In this document: positions 63,608 to 64,000 of the stretch, piece by piece
Layout: each line of letters starts with the position of its first letter
Numbering within the stretch: position 1 is the stretch's first letter
NCBI RefSeq assembly: GCF_001194135.2
Contig: NC_068983.1
Location: 9,317,037-9,381,036, forward strand
Direction: 5' to 3'
Length of the DNA: 64,000 nucleotides
DNA from: Octopus bimaculoides
Taxonomy: Eukaryota
Program-made: the position numbers and the translations under genes
Notes under the pieces: generated by a model
What the model was told of the DNA's origin: nothing
Databases searched by the model: none
Seen by the model: the letters and a program-made list of their open reading frames with translations, nothing else

Positions 63608-64000
63608 ATGCATAGCGGTATTTCGCCAGCCGCTACGTTCTGAGTTCTAATTCCGCCGAGGTTGACTTTGCTTTCATCCTATCGGGTTTGATCAGTTAAG
63701 TACCAGTGTAACACTGGAGTCGATGTAATCAACTACTCCCTTCCCCAACATTTCAGGCCTTTTGCTTTTAGTAGAAAGGATTATTATTTATTCTTAAGGG
63801 GATGAGCTGGCAGAGTCGTTAGCACGGCAGACAAAATGCTTAGCAGCATTTCGACCATCATTACATTCTGAGTTCAAATTCTGCCAAGGTTGACATTGCT
63901 TTTTAAACTTTCCCGTCTCCATTTAATAAATACCAGTTGAACACTGGGGTCGATGTAAACCGATTATCTCCTTCACCCAGAATTGCAGGTCTTGTGCCTA
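63608..64000 (+). mobile_element. Two tandem SINE family A copies (63608-63781, 63797-64000)
   Basis: GTTCTGAGTTCTAATTCCGCCGAGG and GAGCTGGCAGAGTCGTTAGCACG...GAGTTCAAATTC. Confidence 0.85.

Overview
Eukaryotic, AT-rich, repeat-dense DNA with about 6% N gaps, the large ones abutting (TA)n/(CT)n microsatellites. The SINE families, microsatellite density and Tc1/mariner remnants resemble an Octopus (coleoid cephalopod) genome; this is inference from recalled repeat sequences, not a database search. No complete protein-coding gene is recognisable, and almost every ORF in the supplied track is a microsatellite, gap or SINE artefact. The window starts exactly on a GTAAGT splice donor and contains a few small candidate + strand exons (26714-26747, 59988-59999, 63089-63130), so it may be mostly intronic sequence of one large gene. 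Mobile content: dozens of tRNA-headed SINEs from at least 4 families; a full-length but dead Tc1 (DD34E) element at 48002-49266; several mariner remnants and MITEs; decayed RTE/CR1-like LINE pieces; and a Helentron-type non-autonomous fragment. The most notable observations are a minimal type I hammerhead ribozyme motif in a Penelope-like repeat (13568-13610, minus), a minisatellite built from the RT YADD motif (25734-25816), a LINE-like 3' end with two C2H2 fingers, recurrent SINE-SINE dimers, SINE fold-backs, and a duplicated segment diverging mainly at third codon positions.
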